Below are positions 1 through 11,070 of a stretch of DNA of 39,133 nucleotides, piece after piece. How positions within the stretch are numbered: position 1 is the first letter of the stretch; each line of letters begins with the position of its first letter. Source of the DNA: Octopus bimaculoides (lineage: Eukaryota); NCBI RefSeq assembly GCF_001194135.2, contig NC_069004.1, positions 691,645-730,777 of the forward strand, given 5' to 3'. The notes below the pieces were generated by a model. It was not told the DNA's origin, did not search any database, and saw only the letters and a program-made list of their open reading frames with translations. The position numbers and the translations under genes were made by a program.

Positions 1-207
1 CTGTCACCAACAGTTATCTCTTTTCCTAGTAAGGGATTCTTATTTCACAATTTTTTGAAGATACAAAGTGAGCAGATGATTTTTTAAAATTAAAAGTGAC
101 AACAGTAAAATTTCTTGTCACTTATGAATTTTGCGGAGTGAGAATGTAAACACACACACACACACAAACACTCATGCATGCTTGCAAACACTCACACNNN
201 NNNNNNN

Positions 208-248
<41 letters not shown>

Positions 249-301
249 CTATATATACACGTGTGGTTAGGTACAATGTGTAAGAGTATGTTGGAGATTG
301 T

Positions 302-428
302 TTTGTGGTGCTGCTCATGGGGGTTAGTTGCTGATGGTGACCTTGGTGCAGGCGGTGCTACCCATCCCATTGCACCACCTGCACCAAGGTCACCATCAGC
401 AACTAACCCCCATGAGTAGCACCACAAA
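302..428. repeat. Long inverted repeat (hairpin) in the presumed kinesin intron
   Basis: 57-bp arms 302-358 and 372-428 differ at only 2 positions; 13-nt loop. Looser pairing extends to about 241-520. Confidence 0.93.
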
Positions 429-856
429 TCACCAATCTCCAGCGCTTCTTCATGCCTGTCTATCCACATACTCTTACACTTTGTACATAACCACAGAAGT
501 ATACAAACACAAACATGTGAATACATGTGCGCACACACTCGTGTGTGCATGTACCCGTGCATATATACATCTGAATATAATTACATGTTTATATATATAT
601 ATATATATGTATGCATGGTATGTGGGTGTGCATTGTCTAGTCTTGATGTTGCATGATGGTTGTAAATGAGCATCATTCATTTACAATCTGTGTAAAACAT
701 GTGGCTAGTTATGGGGAAATATTTACTTTCCTTGGAAACTGTTAACGTTTGGTCACAGGAAGTACTGTAGAAAATCTTACTTAATGAATTCTGTTTGACC
801 CAAGTAAGTATGGAAATGTAGACATTAAAATGATGAAGAATATTAATGATAATAAT

Positions 857-1062
857 GATTTCAAATTTTGGCACAAGGCCAATAATATTGGGGGATGGGG
901 GTAAGTTGATTACATCAACCCCAGTGGTCAACTGGTCCTTATTTTATCTATCCTGAAAGGGATGAAAGGCTAATTTGACCTCGACAGAATTTGAACTCAG
1001 AATAAAAAAATAGACAAAATACCGCTAAGCAATTCACTTGGCTTGATTCTGCCAGCTTGCCA
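857..1062 (-). mobile_element. tRNA-derived SINE, family A
   Basis: Minus-strand head GGCAAGCTGGCAGAATC (A-box-like) and GAGTTCAAAT (B-box-like), plus central GCCTTTCATCCTTTC. Similar copies at 1289-1512(+), 6932-7136(-), 7157-7358(-), about 7420-7640(-), 18395-18602(-) and partial copies at about 36990-37390(+). Confidence 0.8.
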
Positions 1063-1827
1063 CCCTAATAATAACAATAATAATAATTAGTATTATTATT
1101 ATTATTATTAGCATGCTAAAAATAATAATAATAATAATATAATGGTAATCATCATTATTATTATTAGCATGATAAAGAATATTAATAATTATAATAATAA
1201 TAACAATATAATGATAATCATTATTATTATTAGCATGATAAAGAATAGTAGTAGTAATAATAATAATAATAATAATTTTTTTGTAATTAAGGTGCTGAAC
1301 TAGCAGAATTCTTTGTGTGTTGGACAAAAGGCCTAGCAGCATTTATTCCAGTTCTTTATGTTCTGATTTGAAATACCTATATGGTCAACTTTAAACTTAG
1401 CATTTATCCTTTTGGAGTCAAAATAAAATACCTGCCAAGTACTAGGGTCAATGTAATCAACTTCTTTCCTTGAGAATTACAGGTCTAATGCTAAAATTAG
1501 AAAGAATTATTATAAATACTGTCAGTCTGTCTCCTGCACACTTGTTCACACACACACATGAGGCTGTTACAGTAATAGAAGAGAGATAAGAGAAGTAGTA
1601 GTGTGTTTGGGAGCTGGTGATTGCAGAGTGAGTTTGAATATGTTAAAAGAGTGATTCAATAATCATTTGGGGTTTCCTTGAATTTACTGTTTGCTTTGGC
1701 TTTCAAATGTTTTTGTGTGTTTAGTTGTTGCATTGTACTACAGATGTGAGCACTACTCCAGCCTAGGAGATCTGATTTTAAGGGCCTTTTAGGAGGGGAA
1801 GGTCAGCATCTGACATTGGCTTTATAA

Positions 1828-2064
1828 CAGTGTTTCTCAACCATTTTTACCTATGGACCCTTTTTGATTCTTATTTTACACAGATGGACCCTCATAGCTA
1901 TTCAGTGTTTTAAAAATCCTATTATATTTTTACAATTAAATATTATTAAGAATTGTATTAAAATGTTTTTAAGATCTTGTGTGTTGTAAAAGTATAACTA
2001 ATTTATTGAACATAAATTTTAACAACAAAATTTTACATGAACCCTTAAGGGTCAAGAACCACTG
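1828..2064. mobile_element. hAT (Charlie-like) MITE
   Basis: Terminal inverted repeats CAGTGTTTCTCAACC ... GGTCAAGAACCACTG; 8-bp flanks CTTTATAA / CTGCATAA (6/8 match) fit an aged hAT target duplication. Confidence 0.7.
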
Positions 2065-2207
2065 CTGCATAAGAACCTTTGTTATGCAAAAACTTTGCTC
2101 CAACCATTTTTTTTCTCCATATATTTTGTTTATTCTATCTATATGAAAAAAAAAATTTTTTTAGCTGAAATTAATGTGAAATGTTTCCATTTTGTTTTTT
2201 TTTATAG

Positions 2208-2347
2208 GCTCCTTGAATCTTGTTGATTTGGCTGGCAGTGAACGACTCAAGGACTCTGGTAGTGAGGGCAAGAGACTTAAAGAGACTCAGTGCATTAACA
2301 AGAGTCTCTCAACTCTCAGCACTGTATTCACTTCTCTTGCTAACAAA
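2208..2347 (+). CDS. KIFC1: Kinesin-14 (KIFC1/Ncd-like) motor-domain exon containing switch II
   Basis: Poly-T tract and AG acceptor at 2206-2207, GTAAGT donor at 2348. Translates (G)[46 protein letters not shown], with the kinesin DLAGSE motif. The upstream exons are not seen in the window. Confidence 0.95.
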
Positions 2348-2386
2348 GTAAGTTCACTCATTAGCCTTTTCATTACCAAGTACATA

Positions 2387-2763
2387 TGTGGCTGTGTGGT
2401 TCTGGCTTCAGTGACACTACATGGCACCTTGGGCAAGTGTATTCTACTATAATCCCGGGCTGATCAAAAGTCTTGTGAGTGGATTTGGTTGACGGAAACT
2501 GGAAGAAGTTCCTTGTGTGTGTATAATGTGTGCCTTTTCCTTGGCTCACACAATGGTTATAAATGAGCATCCTTGAACACCAGTAGTGGTGTGTTTATGT
2601 CCCCATGACTTAGAGGTTTGGCATAAGAGGCTGATAATAAGTACTAGGCTTAAAAAGAAAAAAAATATATCAGTACTATGGTTGATTCATTGGGCTAAAA
2701 TTCTTCAAAGTGGTGCTCCAACATGGCCACAATCTAATGAATGAAACAAGTAAAAAATAAAAG
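2387..2763 (+). mobile_element. SINE family B
   Basis: Shared motifs GGCACCTTGGGCAAGTG, CTTGTGAGTGGATTTGG and GGAAACTG, with an A-rich/AAGAG tail. Other copies at about 3764-3910(+), 3972-4110(+), 10690-10995(-), 12670-12837(-), 17345-17725(-) and 38915-39133(-). Confidence 0.75.
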
Positions 2764-2840
2764 ATACTCTTTTCATTTTGTATCTCTTATCTGTCATGTC
2801 TTTGCATCAGTCTAATCTGTCGTATTTTGTGTCTTGTTAG

Positions 2841-2990
2841 GATAACCATATTCCTTATAGGAATAGCAAGCTCACATATCTGCTACAGAACTCTCTTGGT
2901 GGAAACAGCAAAACTCTTATGTTTGTGAATGTCTCACCCAAAGAAGACAACTACCAGGAAACCTTGAATTCTCTTCGCTTTGCAACAGCG
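2841..2990 (+). CDS. KIFC1: Kinesin-14 motor-domain exon
   Basis: TTGTTAG acceptor, GTAAGT donor at 2991, 150 bp in phase with the previous exon. Translates [50 protein letters not shown] ([18 protein letters not shown] and LRFA motifs). Confidence 0.96.
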
Positions 2991-3087
2991 GTAAGTAGAC
3001 AACATAATCATGTTGGGTGGTTTTTATCTGGAATTAGTATTTTCTCTTGTAAGAAAAAACTATACACTTTAACTATTTAAAATCTAA

Positions 3088-3283
3088 CCCTTTAGCATTC
3101 AGATTTCTTTGTCAAATGTATTGCTTATTTATTCACTTTGTTTTGAATGAATCACACATTATTTTGTAGCTTCAAGATTTCAATGGTATGTTTGTATATT
3201 TTCAGAATGACATTGTATGGTTAGTTTAAAAAGAAGCAGGTAGAATATTTGGGTCGGATACGGCTGGATTAAATGCAAAAGGG
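3088..3283 (+). mobile_element. piggyBac-type MITE (copy 1)
   Basis: CCCTTTAGCATT ... AATGCAAAAGGG termini flanked by CTAA/TTAA. About 200-bp family with further copies at 3286-3478(-), 4444-4652, 5783-5981 and 6307-6516. Confidence 0.8.
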
Positions 3284-3285
3284 TT

Positions 3286-3478
3286 AAACCAGCCATATCC
3301 GAGCCTAAGATTCCATCTGTTTCATGTTCAAACTGACCAGATCTCTTCTCTCATGTATCCTTTAATGTCATTTTAAAAATAAGCTATCACACCATGAAGA
3401 TATTGAAGCATGATTAAATTCATAACTATGTTAGTAAATGTGCATTACATTTGACATAGTAATCTGCTTGCTAAAGGG
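3286..3478 (-). mobile_element. piggyBac-type MITE (inverted, diverged copy abutting copy 1)
   Basis: Reverse-complement similarity to copy 1; ends GCTAAAGGG then TTAT at 3476-3482. Confidence 0.7.
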
Positions 3479-4128
3479 TTATGATAACTTTTCTGACTCC
3501 TACACTAAACTTCATATTTAGTCATATTTTAAAAGTACTCTCTCTCTCTCTCACATACACTCACACAAAATTGCATAACAGTAATGGAGGAAGCTTTCTA
3601 GAGTCAAATGGCAGCCAATTTCCTTCAAGTCATTTAAAAAAAAACAAAAAGCATGCTTGAATAGTTTAGTTCTAGACATGTAGAATAGACTACATGGTTG
3701 CTGAGGCTGAATTTTCGTTAATCATACGTTTGCTTTACAGTAACTAATATGAATGTATGTGCAGTGTATAGCTGTGTGGTTAAGAAGTTTGCTTTCCAAC
3801 CGAATGGTTTCAAGTTCAATCCCACTGGTCTTCAAGTATCTTCTATTATATAACCCTGGGTCAACCAGAGCATTACAGATTAGGCAGACGGAAACTGGAA
3901 AAGGCTGTGTGTGTATGTGAATGAGTGTGTATTCATTTGCATCCACACACAGATGCACAAATATATACACAGTGACATGGCTCTGTGATTAAGAAATTTG
4001 TGCCTCAACCACAGAGTCTCAGGTTCAGTTACTCTGTGGCACCTTAAGCAAGTAATTTTCAGCATAAGCCTGAGCCTTGTGAAAAGATTTTTTTAGTTGA
4101 AAAATGGAAGCTCATTGTATATAAATGT

Positions 4129-4204
<76 letters not shown>

Positions 4205-4659
4205 CACACACACATAACATGCGTGCAGCCTATGTGCATATATGTGGGGGTCCCTTGTCTTGATGCTGTGCAAGGTTGATGACAAGAAGTGCATCGGTTT
4301 GTAGAAAATGTGCCTCAACGGATTTAGTCTGACTCATGCAGGTGTGAAAAAAGTGGAAGTTAAAACAATGTTGATGAGGTTGCTATATCACTCTGAAGTG
4401 GAAAGTTTGTCTAAGGGGAGATAATTCTGGATAGAAATTTTAACCCTTTAACCTTCAGATTACTCTATCAGGTTTAATGCTTATTTATTCACAATGTTTT
4501 GAATTAATCATAGTTTATCTCATTGAAATCTTGAGGTTTCAAAGGTGTGGTTGTTTATTTTTAGAATCACATTGAACGGTAGATATGATCTGGCCAGTTT
4601 GAACACAAAACAGGTGGCATATTTGGGCTGGATATGGATAATGCTAATAAAGTTAAATA

Positions 4660-4810
4660 GTTTGGCGTTAGGAAGGGAATCCAGCTGTAGAAACTCTGCC
4701 AGATCAGATTGGAGCCTGGTGCAGCTTTCTGGCTTGCCAGTCTTCAGTCAAATCGTCCAACTCATGCTAGCATGGAAAGCGGACGTTAAACGATGATGAT
4801 GATGATGATG
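4660..4810 (+). mobile_element. 3' part of a SINE/LINE-tail family ending in (GAT)n (family D)
   Basis: AAGGGAATCCAGCTGTAGAAAC...CATGCTAGCATGGAAAGCGGACGTTAAACGATGATGATG. Related tails at about 4265-4380(+), 7735-7800(-) and 8170-8250(+). Confidence 0.6.
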
Positions 4811-5782
4811 AGTGTGTAGTGAGTTATGTGAAGCACACCATGAAATATTTTATAATAATTTTGGGTTTGGAATCTAGTTGTGTTAAATTCATCCTTAATT
4901 TTTGTGGTTAAAATTCGAAAATTCCTGTTTTCTCTTCTTGCATTGTTGTAATTCATACTTCTGTGTGAACTACAATAGACATTTACCAATGCTTCAATTT
5001 TATCAAATTCTGAAAAAATGTTTTAACAGTGATTTCAGAAAGGGAAAATATTTAAGATGTAAAAATAATTTTCTCTTGATTGTGGTATTTTATCATGCAT
5101 TATGACAGTTTTAGAAAAATGTATTGAAAGCAAGAAACAGTAGCATAAAATAGGAAAATAAAAGAGCAGTTATAAAATATAAATACATAAGCAAATGGGA
5201 AATCAAAATTTTAAAGGCAAAAATCTTTAGTATATTTTTGGTTTGTTCTGTGGCTGAAAGCAATCTATTGACATTTCTCTGGTATGTGCTAAAACCAGTA
5301 ATTGCTTTAAATTGCATAACATATTTAAGTAATTTTTGCAAGTTATTTACAATGTGTTACAGAATGTTTACACTGGTTGGAAAGCCTATTTTGCCTTCCT
5401 CTCTCTACCTTTTTGCATATTGATGTGAAATTTCCAAGAAACTGATAAATCAATTTCATCAAAAATTCCAGTTGCTTTCGTTTTCACTTCCCGGTTTTTT
5501 TTTTTGTCTCTGAAGAAAATTTTTTATAATATATGCATTAACAATTGTAAAAAAAGGAATGCTTATCTCAACCATTTTCTGCTTAGATGTTAACTAGATT
5601 ATCAGAGTCAGGGAGCCTTTTTTAAAATGAGCATGTCACAAATGCTTAACCCTGCATTTTTATTCTAATAAATTTCTTGATAGTCAACTTATATGAAAGT
5701 ATTATTTAGGTTGGGTAGTTAGTCCTGGCCAAAGGGATATAAGCCACCCTTGGATCTGAGCTCCTCAGCCAGTACTCTTTAA

Positions 5783-5981
5783 CCCTTTAACATTCAGATT
5801 ACTCAGTCAAATGTAATGCTTATTTATTCACACTGTTTTGAATTTCGTGTTCATTATCTTGTAGCTTTGCAATATTCAATGATGTGGTTGCTTATTTTTA
5901 GAATATCTGAATCTGGTCTGTTTGAACATTCAACAAGGTAGAATATTTGGGCTGGATATGGCTGGTTTAAATGGTAATGGG
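5783..5981 (+). mobile_element. piggyBac-type MITE with TTAA on both sides
   Basis: TTAA (5779-5782) + CCCTTTAACATT ... AATGGTAATGGG + TTAA (5982-5985). Confidence 0.85.
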
Positions 5982-8681
5982 TTAAGATGCACATTCTACA
6001 AACAGAAAAATAGTTACTGAAAACCAAACAACTCAACAGAAACATATAAACACTCATTTTTATACTGGAAACTCACTAGTTTCCCCGTCTAATTCCAGTA
6101 TTGTACTTTGGTGTACCAGTCTTTCTTTGTTTGCAGTACTTTGTGTTCACTTTCAGTATGTAAAATGTGAACATCACTTCCTGTTTTGCCTTCAGCTTCA
6201 AAACTTCTATACTCATCAACTGATTCTAAGTCATTTTCAGAATTCATTTCATAAAATTCCTGTTGTTACTCATTAGGAAATTCTAATTCCTGCTGTAATT
6301 ATTTAACACTATAGCATTCAGATTACTTTATCAAATGTTATGCTTATTTATTCACATTGTTTTGAACTAATCATGTATTGTCTTGTAGCTTTGAGATTTC
6401 AATGATGTAATTGTATATTTTTAGAATGGCATTGTAGGGTAGGTATGAGATGCCAGATCTGGCCAATTTGAACATGAATCTTTGAGCCAGATATGATCAG
6501 TTTAAATGCCGAAGGGTTAATTGTAAACATCTTATGGTTTTGCCCTTTTCTCTCTAGATATGCTTGGTTGTGCTGAGTTTTGCTTTATGGTAAAAAAAAA
6601 AACAAAACAACAAATAAACCAGAAAAGTAATTTTAAAGAATCTCTTATTTCTGAGCGGACATTTCTAAAACAAATAATGTTGCAGTGACAACCAATCTTT
6701 ATTCTGATTGGCTGATTTATTTTTAGTTTGACCTTTTTTTTTTTTTTTTAACATGGCGTTTCTCTATTCATGGCAGTATTTTATTAACCCTGGAAGTATA
6801 GAAGGCAATGTGGGTCTTGGTGGGATTTGAGTTAGGTATGTGAAGGGTTGTAACAAGAGAGCACATTGTATTTTATGTGGTGCTTTGACAACAATTCTGC
6901 TGTTCACTTGCTATTGATATAAATAATATTAATCCTTTCTACTATAGGCACAAGGCCTGAAATTTTGTTGGAAGGGGCTAGTTTATTACATCAACCCCAG
7001 TGCTCAACTGGTACTTATTTTGCTGACCCTGAAAGGATGAAAAGCAAAGTTGACCATGGCAATATTTGAACTCAGGATAGTCAGAAGAAATGCCACTAAA
7101 CATTTTGTCTGGTGCATTAATGTTTATGTCAGTTTGAAATAATAATGAATAATAATGGTTTCAAATTTTGGCAGAAGGCCAGCAATTCGGAGGAATCATA
7201 AAGCTGATATGCCCAGTACTCAACTGGTACTTATTTTATTGACTCTGAAAGGATGAAAGGCAAACATCAACCTTGTTTGAATTGGAACTCAGAACATAAA
7301 GAAAAAATGCCGCTGAATACTTTGCCTGGTGTGCTAACGATTCTGCCAGCTCACCGCCTTAATAATAATAATAATAATAATAGTCTTTTCCACTATATTT
7401 CTATTCTTATCCCCGTGTTAGAATTAAACATACTTTTTGTTTCTAGCATTGGCATAATGCTAGAAATGTGACAAAGATGATTAATTGATTATATTGACCT
7501 TAGTGCATGACTTTACTTTATTGACCCCAAAAATGATGAATGGTAAAGTTGACTGCTATGAGATTTGAACTTAGAATGTAAAGAGCTGTGAGAAATACTG
7601 TATAGCATTTTGTTCAATGCTCTAATGAGTCTACCATGTCTCCAGAGTAAATTTTGTGATTCCATATTGTCATATTCTAAATCTTCTCACACCCACTCTC
7701 TTCAAACTGCCACTTGTTTCTAGAATAAAAAACCCATCATTATCATCATAATTTAAATGTATATGTTCTATGCTGGCATGGATTGGGCCAGATCTGATGG
7801 GTCTAAGAGCTGTATCATGCTCCAGTGTCTGCTTTGACATGGTTTCTCTGGTTGGAGGTCCTTTCCAGTACTAACCACTTTACAGAGTGTACTGGGTGCT
7901 TTTTTTCATACTGCTAGCACTAGTGAGGTTGCCATGCAGCTTGCAAGTCTACAAACCCCAAGAGAATGGTTAGGAGATGATGGATTAAAATACATGTAGA
8001 GAGACCAGAGTAGAACAGGCTTCTTGCTAGAGTTGTTGCATGACTTTGCATACTGATTATAATAAAGAAAGCATCACTTCATAGTTACAGTATCATTTGA
8101 TTGGTTTTCTATGAAAGCATGTTTGGGTTGTTCGTTGTTTGATGAAGTGGGGTAATTGTTGAAACAGTTGAGGATTGGCAACAGAAAGGGTATCCTGCCT
8201 CAACAGAGTCTCATCTGACCCATGTAAGCATTGAAAAGTAGACATAAAAAAATGACAAATATGATGATCTATTGTACATATTAACTCTTTTGTTATCATA
8301 TTCCCTGATGAAGACACTCTTGCAATTTTTAAAATAATCAAAAATTTAGTCAAATAATTTTTATTATTAAGCTGGTCTTTGACACACAAATTAACATAAA
8401 ACTTTGATGGAAAATTGTAATTTAGATCACTTTAGAAAAGAAGTTTCTGTCAAAGAATTCGGGTATTCTTTGGTAGGTTGATATGAAAATGGTTAAGTCT
8501 ATTTTAGTCATTCTACTTTTTAGATGTAGGAGTACAGCTATTTTGCTTCTTTTCTTGTTTTACGAAAATTGAAGCATTTGTAGGTGTTTCATTAGAAATC
8601 TTCATCTCCTTTGGGTACAAGGGGTTAGGCAGCATAATCTGGTTTTCCAGACTTGTGGGGTTGTGAATCCCTATCACATCA

Positions 8682-8728
<47 letters not shown>

Positions 8729-8788
8729 TTTATCAAAAATGTAAATCTAAATGAAATACTGTATATTTTTGTTTTATTTTTTTTTCAG

Positions 8789-8833
8789 GTAAATAACTGC
8801 AACATTGGCACTGCCCAGAAGAAAGTGAAATAG
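8789..8833 (+). CDS. KIFC1: Terminal coding exon of kinesin-14
   Basis: Long T tract plus CAG acceptor (8786-8788). Translates VNNCNIGTAQKKVK*, like the KIFC1-type C-terminus (VNxCxIGTA). A stop directly after the motor domain indicates a C-terminal motor. Confidence 0.9.
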   Translation, partial: VNNCNIGTAQKKVK

Positions 8834-9320
8834 AAGAATTTTGATTTTGTTAGGACTATTGTGTGTGTGTATGGATGTATGTGTGCGTGTGTGCATGCGT
8901 AATGAATTGCATGCAAATTTCTTATTTCTTGCTTTTCTAAATCTATAAATATCTTATTTTAAAGCAGTCTTCAAGAAAAAAAAAAAAAAAAGAACAACCG
9001 TGGCTTTTAAGAATTCATTGTCATTTAGTCATCTTCTGTCTGTATTGTCGAAGACCTTTTTATGTCACCATTTACTTTTTAACAATGACTTCATTTACTT
9101 GTGAAATGAAATTCATCTCACATCCTCGCCTCTGTACCACAGCACATCTATATTATTATTATCATTACCAACAGTAGTGAAGGAACACAATTTTGCTAGG
9201 CTCTTGCAAGTAATTTGACTGCCCACTTTCAAATGAGATAAGTCTTCCATTATAATTATTTTCCTTTTCAAATTTTAAATTTTATTTGATGACTGTGAAA
9301 ATAATAATGTGTAAATGTGT

Positions 9321-9545
9321 CCATCCTAGTGTTTTACTGAATGTAAAATTGCTGAGTTATGTGAGCCAGTCCATGCAAGTATTTTATTGACTGTGAAATA
9401 ACTGAGACTCCTGTGTGAATGAGTTCATGCGAGTGTTTTACTGAATGCAAAATGGCTGAGAGTCAGATGTGAATCAGTCCATGCTAATGTTTCATGGAAT
9501 GTAAAGTAGCTGAGTATCATCTGATAGTCTTTCAAGTGTTTTTTT
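9321..9545. repeat. Degenerate minisatellite, about 4.3 units of 50-54 bp
   Basis: Units start at 9321, 9371, 9425, 9479 and 9529, consensus roughly CCATGCxAGTGTTTTACTGAATGTAAAATxGCTGAG...TGTGAxxCAGT. Confidence 0.75.
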
Positions 9546-9643
9546 TTGTTTTAGAATAACAGCCTATGCAAGTGTTTCTGATTGTATGTAAAATAACCCT
9601 AAATGTCTTGTGTATGTATTCAGAAACTATATCTTTTTTGTTA

Positions 9644-9649
9644 AATAAA
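9644..9649 (+). promoter_or_regulatory. Candidate polyadenylation signal of the kinesin gene
   Basis: First AATAAA I found downstream of the stop codon, followed by GT/T-rich sequence. Implies a 3' UTR of about 0.83 kb. Confidence 0.4.
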
Positions 9650-10480
9650 TGTTGTTACTGTAATGTTGATTATAACAAATTTATGTGTACTAATGGGACC
9701 TGTGAATATTTCACAGAATTAATGGTAAACTTATTGGGTTATTTCTGAAAACTTTATCCAAAAGACCTGGATAGAGTAACAATTTGCTACACAATCCTGG
9801 CTGTTCCTATCCTGTCAAAGTAGCCAGTATAAGTCATAGTTACTTAAAATAGCTATTGGTTTCCTCAGGTTTCATTTGAGAATGGGGCAGTGAAGGTCTA
9901 CAGGATAGAGTAATTGATAGCCAGCTAAATCTTGGTTGTTCCTATCCTACCAAAGGTGCTAAATTGCTTGTTGCTAAGGGTAAGAATAACCCATCATTGC
10001 TCTATAGCTGCAGTACTGTAAAATTGTTAACATACTGAACATAAGAAAAGTAGTAGTCTGTATATTGATTTTATTTCTCAAAGATTAAATGTAAGTTTTG
10101 ACAGCTACAAACAGTTGTTTCAGAGAAGTTTCAAGGTGGAGTGATCAGGTGGTATGAAGATATGAAAATTCATCCTTTGGAGGGGGTTAGATCTATCAGT
10201 TAATTTATAAGATACACTCCATACAAATAGAATCTTTAGTGAACCAGTATCATATTTAAGGGCATGTAAGGTTTTCTTATTCTATTTTCCGAAAATGTGT
10301 TTCAAGAAATCACCTTGGGTTCTATATGCGAAGTTGGGCCTCCAATATGCTAATTTTGTCCCTGACGCTCATCCATTTATATATATAGCCAAATCGAATA
10401 ATCGAACATTAAAAGTAGCAGTAACAAAACAAGAGAACATGCACATGGAATGTATTGTTTTGACGCTCGGTAAAAAGAGT

Positions 10481-10514
10481 TTTTAACGTTTCGAGCTTAG
10501 CTCTTCGTCAGAAA
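10481..10514 (-). ncRNA. Minimal type I hammerhead ribozyme-like motif
   Basis: Minus strand: UUU CUGACGA A GAGC UAA GCUC GAAA CG UU AAA. Core boxes, 4-bp stem II, palindromic stem III and a 3-bp stem I are all present. Confidence 0.65.
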
Positions 10515-11010
10515 TGAAAGCGGAAAAGTTCAGAGAAAGAAAAATATCACCAACAGCACATGTGTAACGTATGTAGTTATATATATGCATGTATGCATAT
10601 GAATATCTGCATACGTTTATATAAACATGTATATACGCATATGTATGTGTAAACATTTATGCTCATATATATATATGCGTATATATATTCTTTTGTTTCA
10701 GTTATTAGACTGCGACCATGCTGGGACACCACTTATTGCATCGGTTTTTGCTTAACCGCTAAATTATGGGACGTAAACAAACCAACAACGGTTGTTAAAC
10801 GCTGTTGGGGGGACAAACAAACACACGCACACACAGAGACTTGTGTATGTATGTACACACACATACGACTTTCACTTTCCATCTGGCAAATCCACTCAAA
10901 GTTTTTGGTCGATCCGGGGGTATATTAGAAGACACTTGACCAATCTGGTATCTAAAATTGTTACTATGTAGTTGGAAGACAAACTTTTTACCACATGGCT
11001 ACGCCCTTTG

Positions 11011-11059
<49 letters not shown>

Positions 11060-11070
11060 CTGTGTGTGTG

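Noticed and set aside
122-680. Overlapping ORFs on both strands sharing WGLVADGDLGAGGA
   Set aside because: The same peptide appears on both strands only because the DNA is an inverted repeat; the rest is CA/TA microsatellite translation.
2348-2452. Read-through extension of the kinesin ORF ([11 protein letters not shown]...)
   Set aside because: Intron after a canonical GTAAGT donor; it runs into a SINE.
8683-8724. A42 run 64 nt upstream of the last acceptor as a retrocopy tail
   Set aside because: No recognisable parent sequence, poly(A) signal or TSD; treated as a homopolymer.
8786-8794. CAG|GTAAAT looks like a recursive (zero-length exon) splice site
   Set aside because: The GTA is the conserved Val codon of the VNxC terminal exon, so coding sequence explains it.
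9321-9545. CRISPR-like array
   Set aside because: Degenerate tandem units without unique spacers, eukaryotic context, no cas genes.
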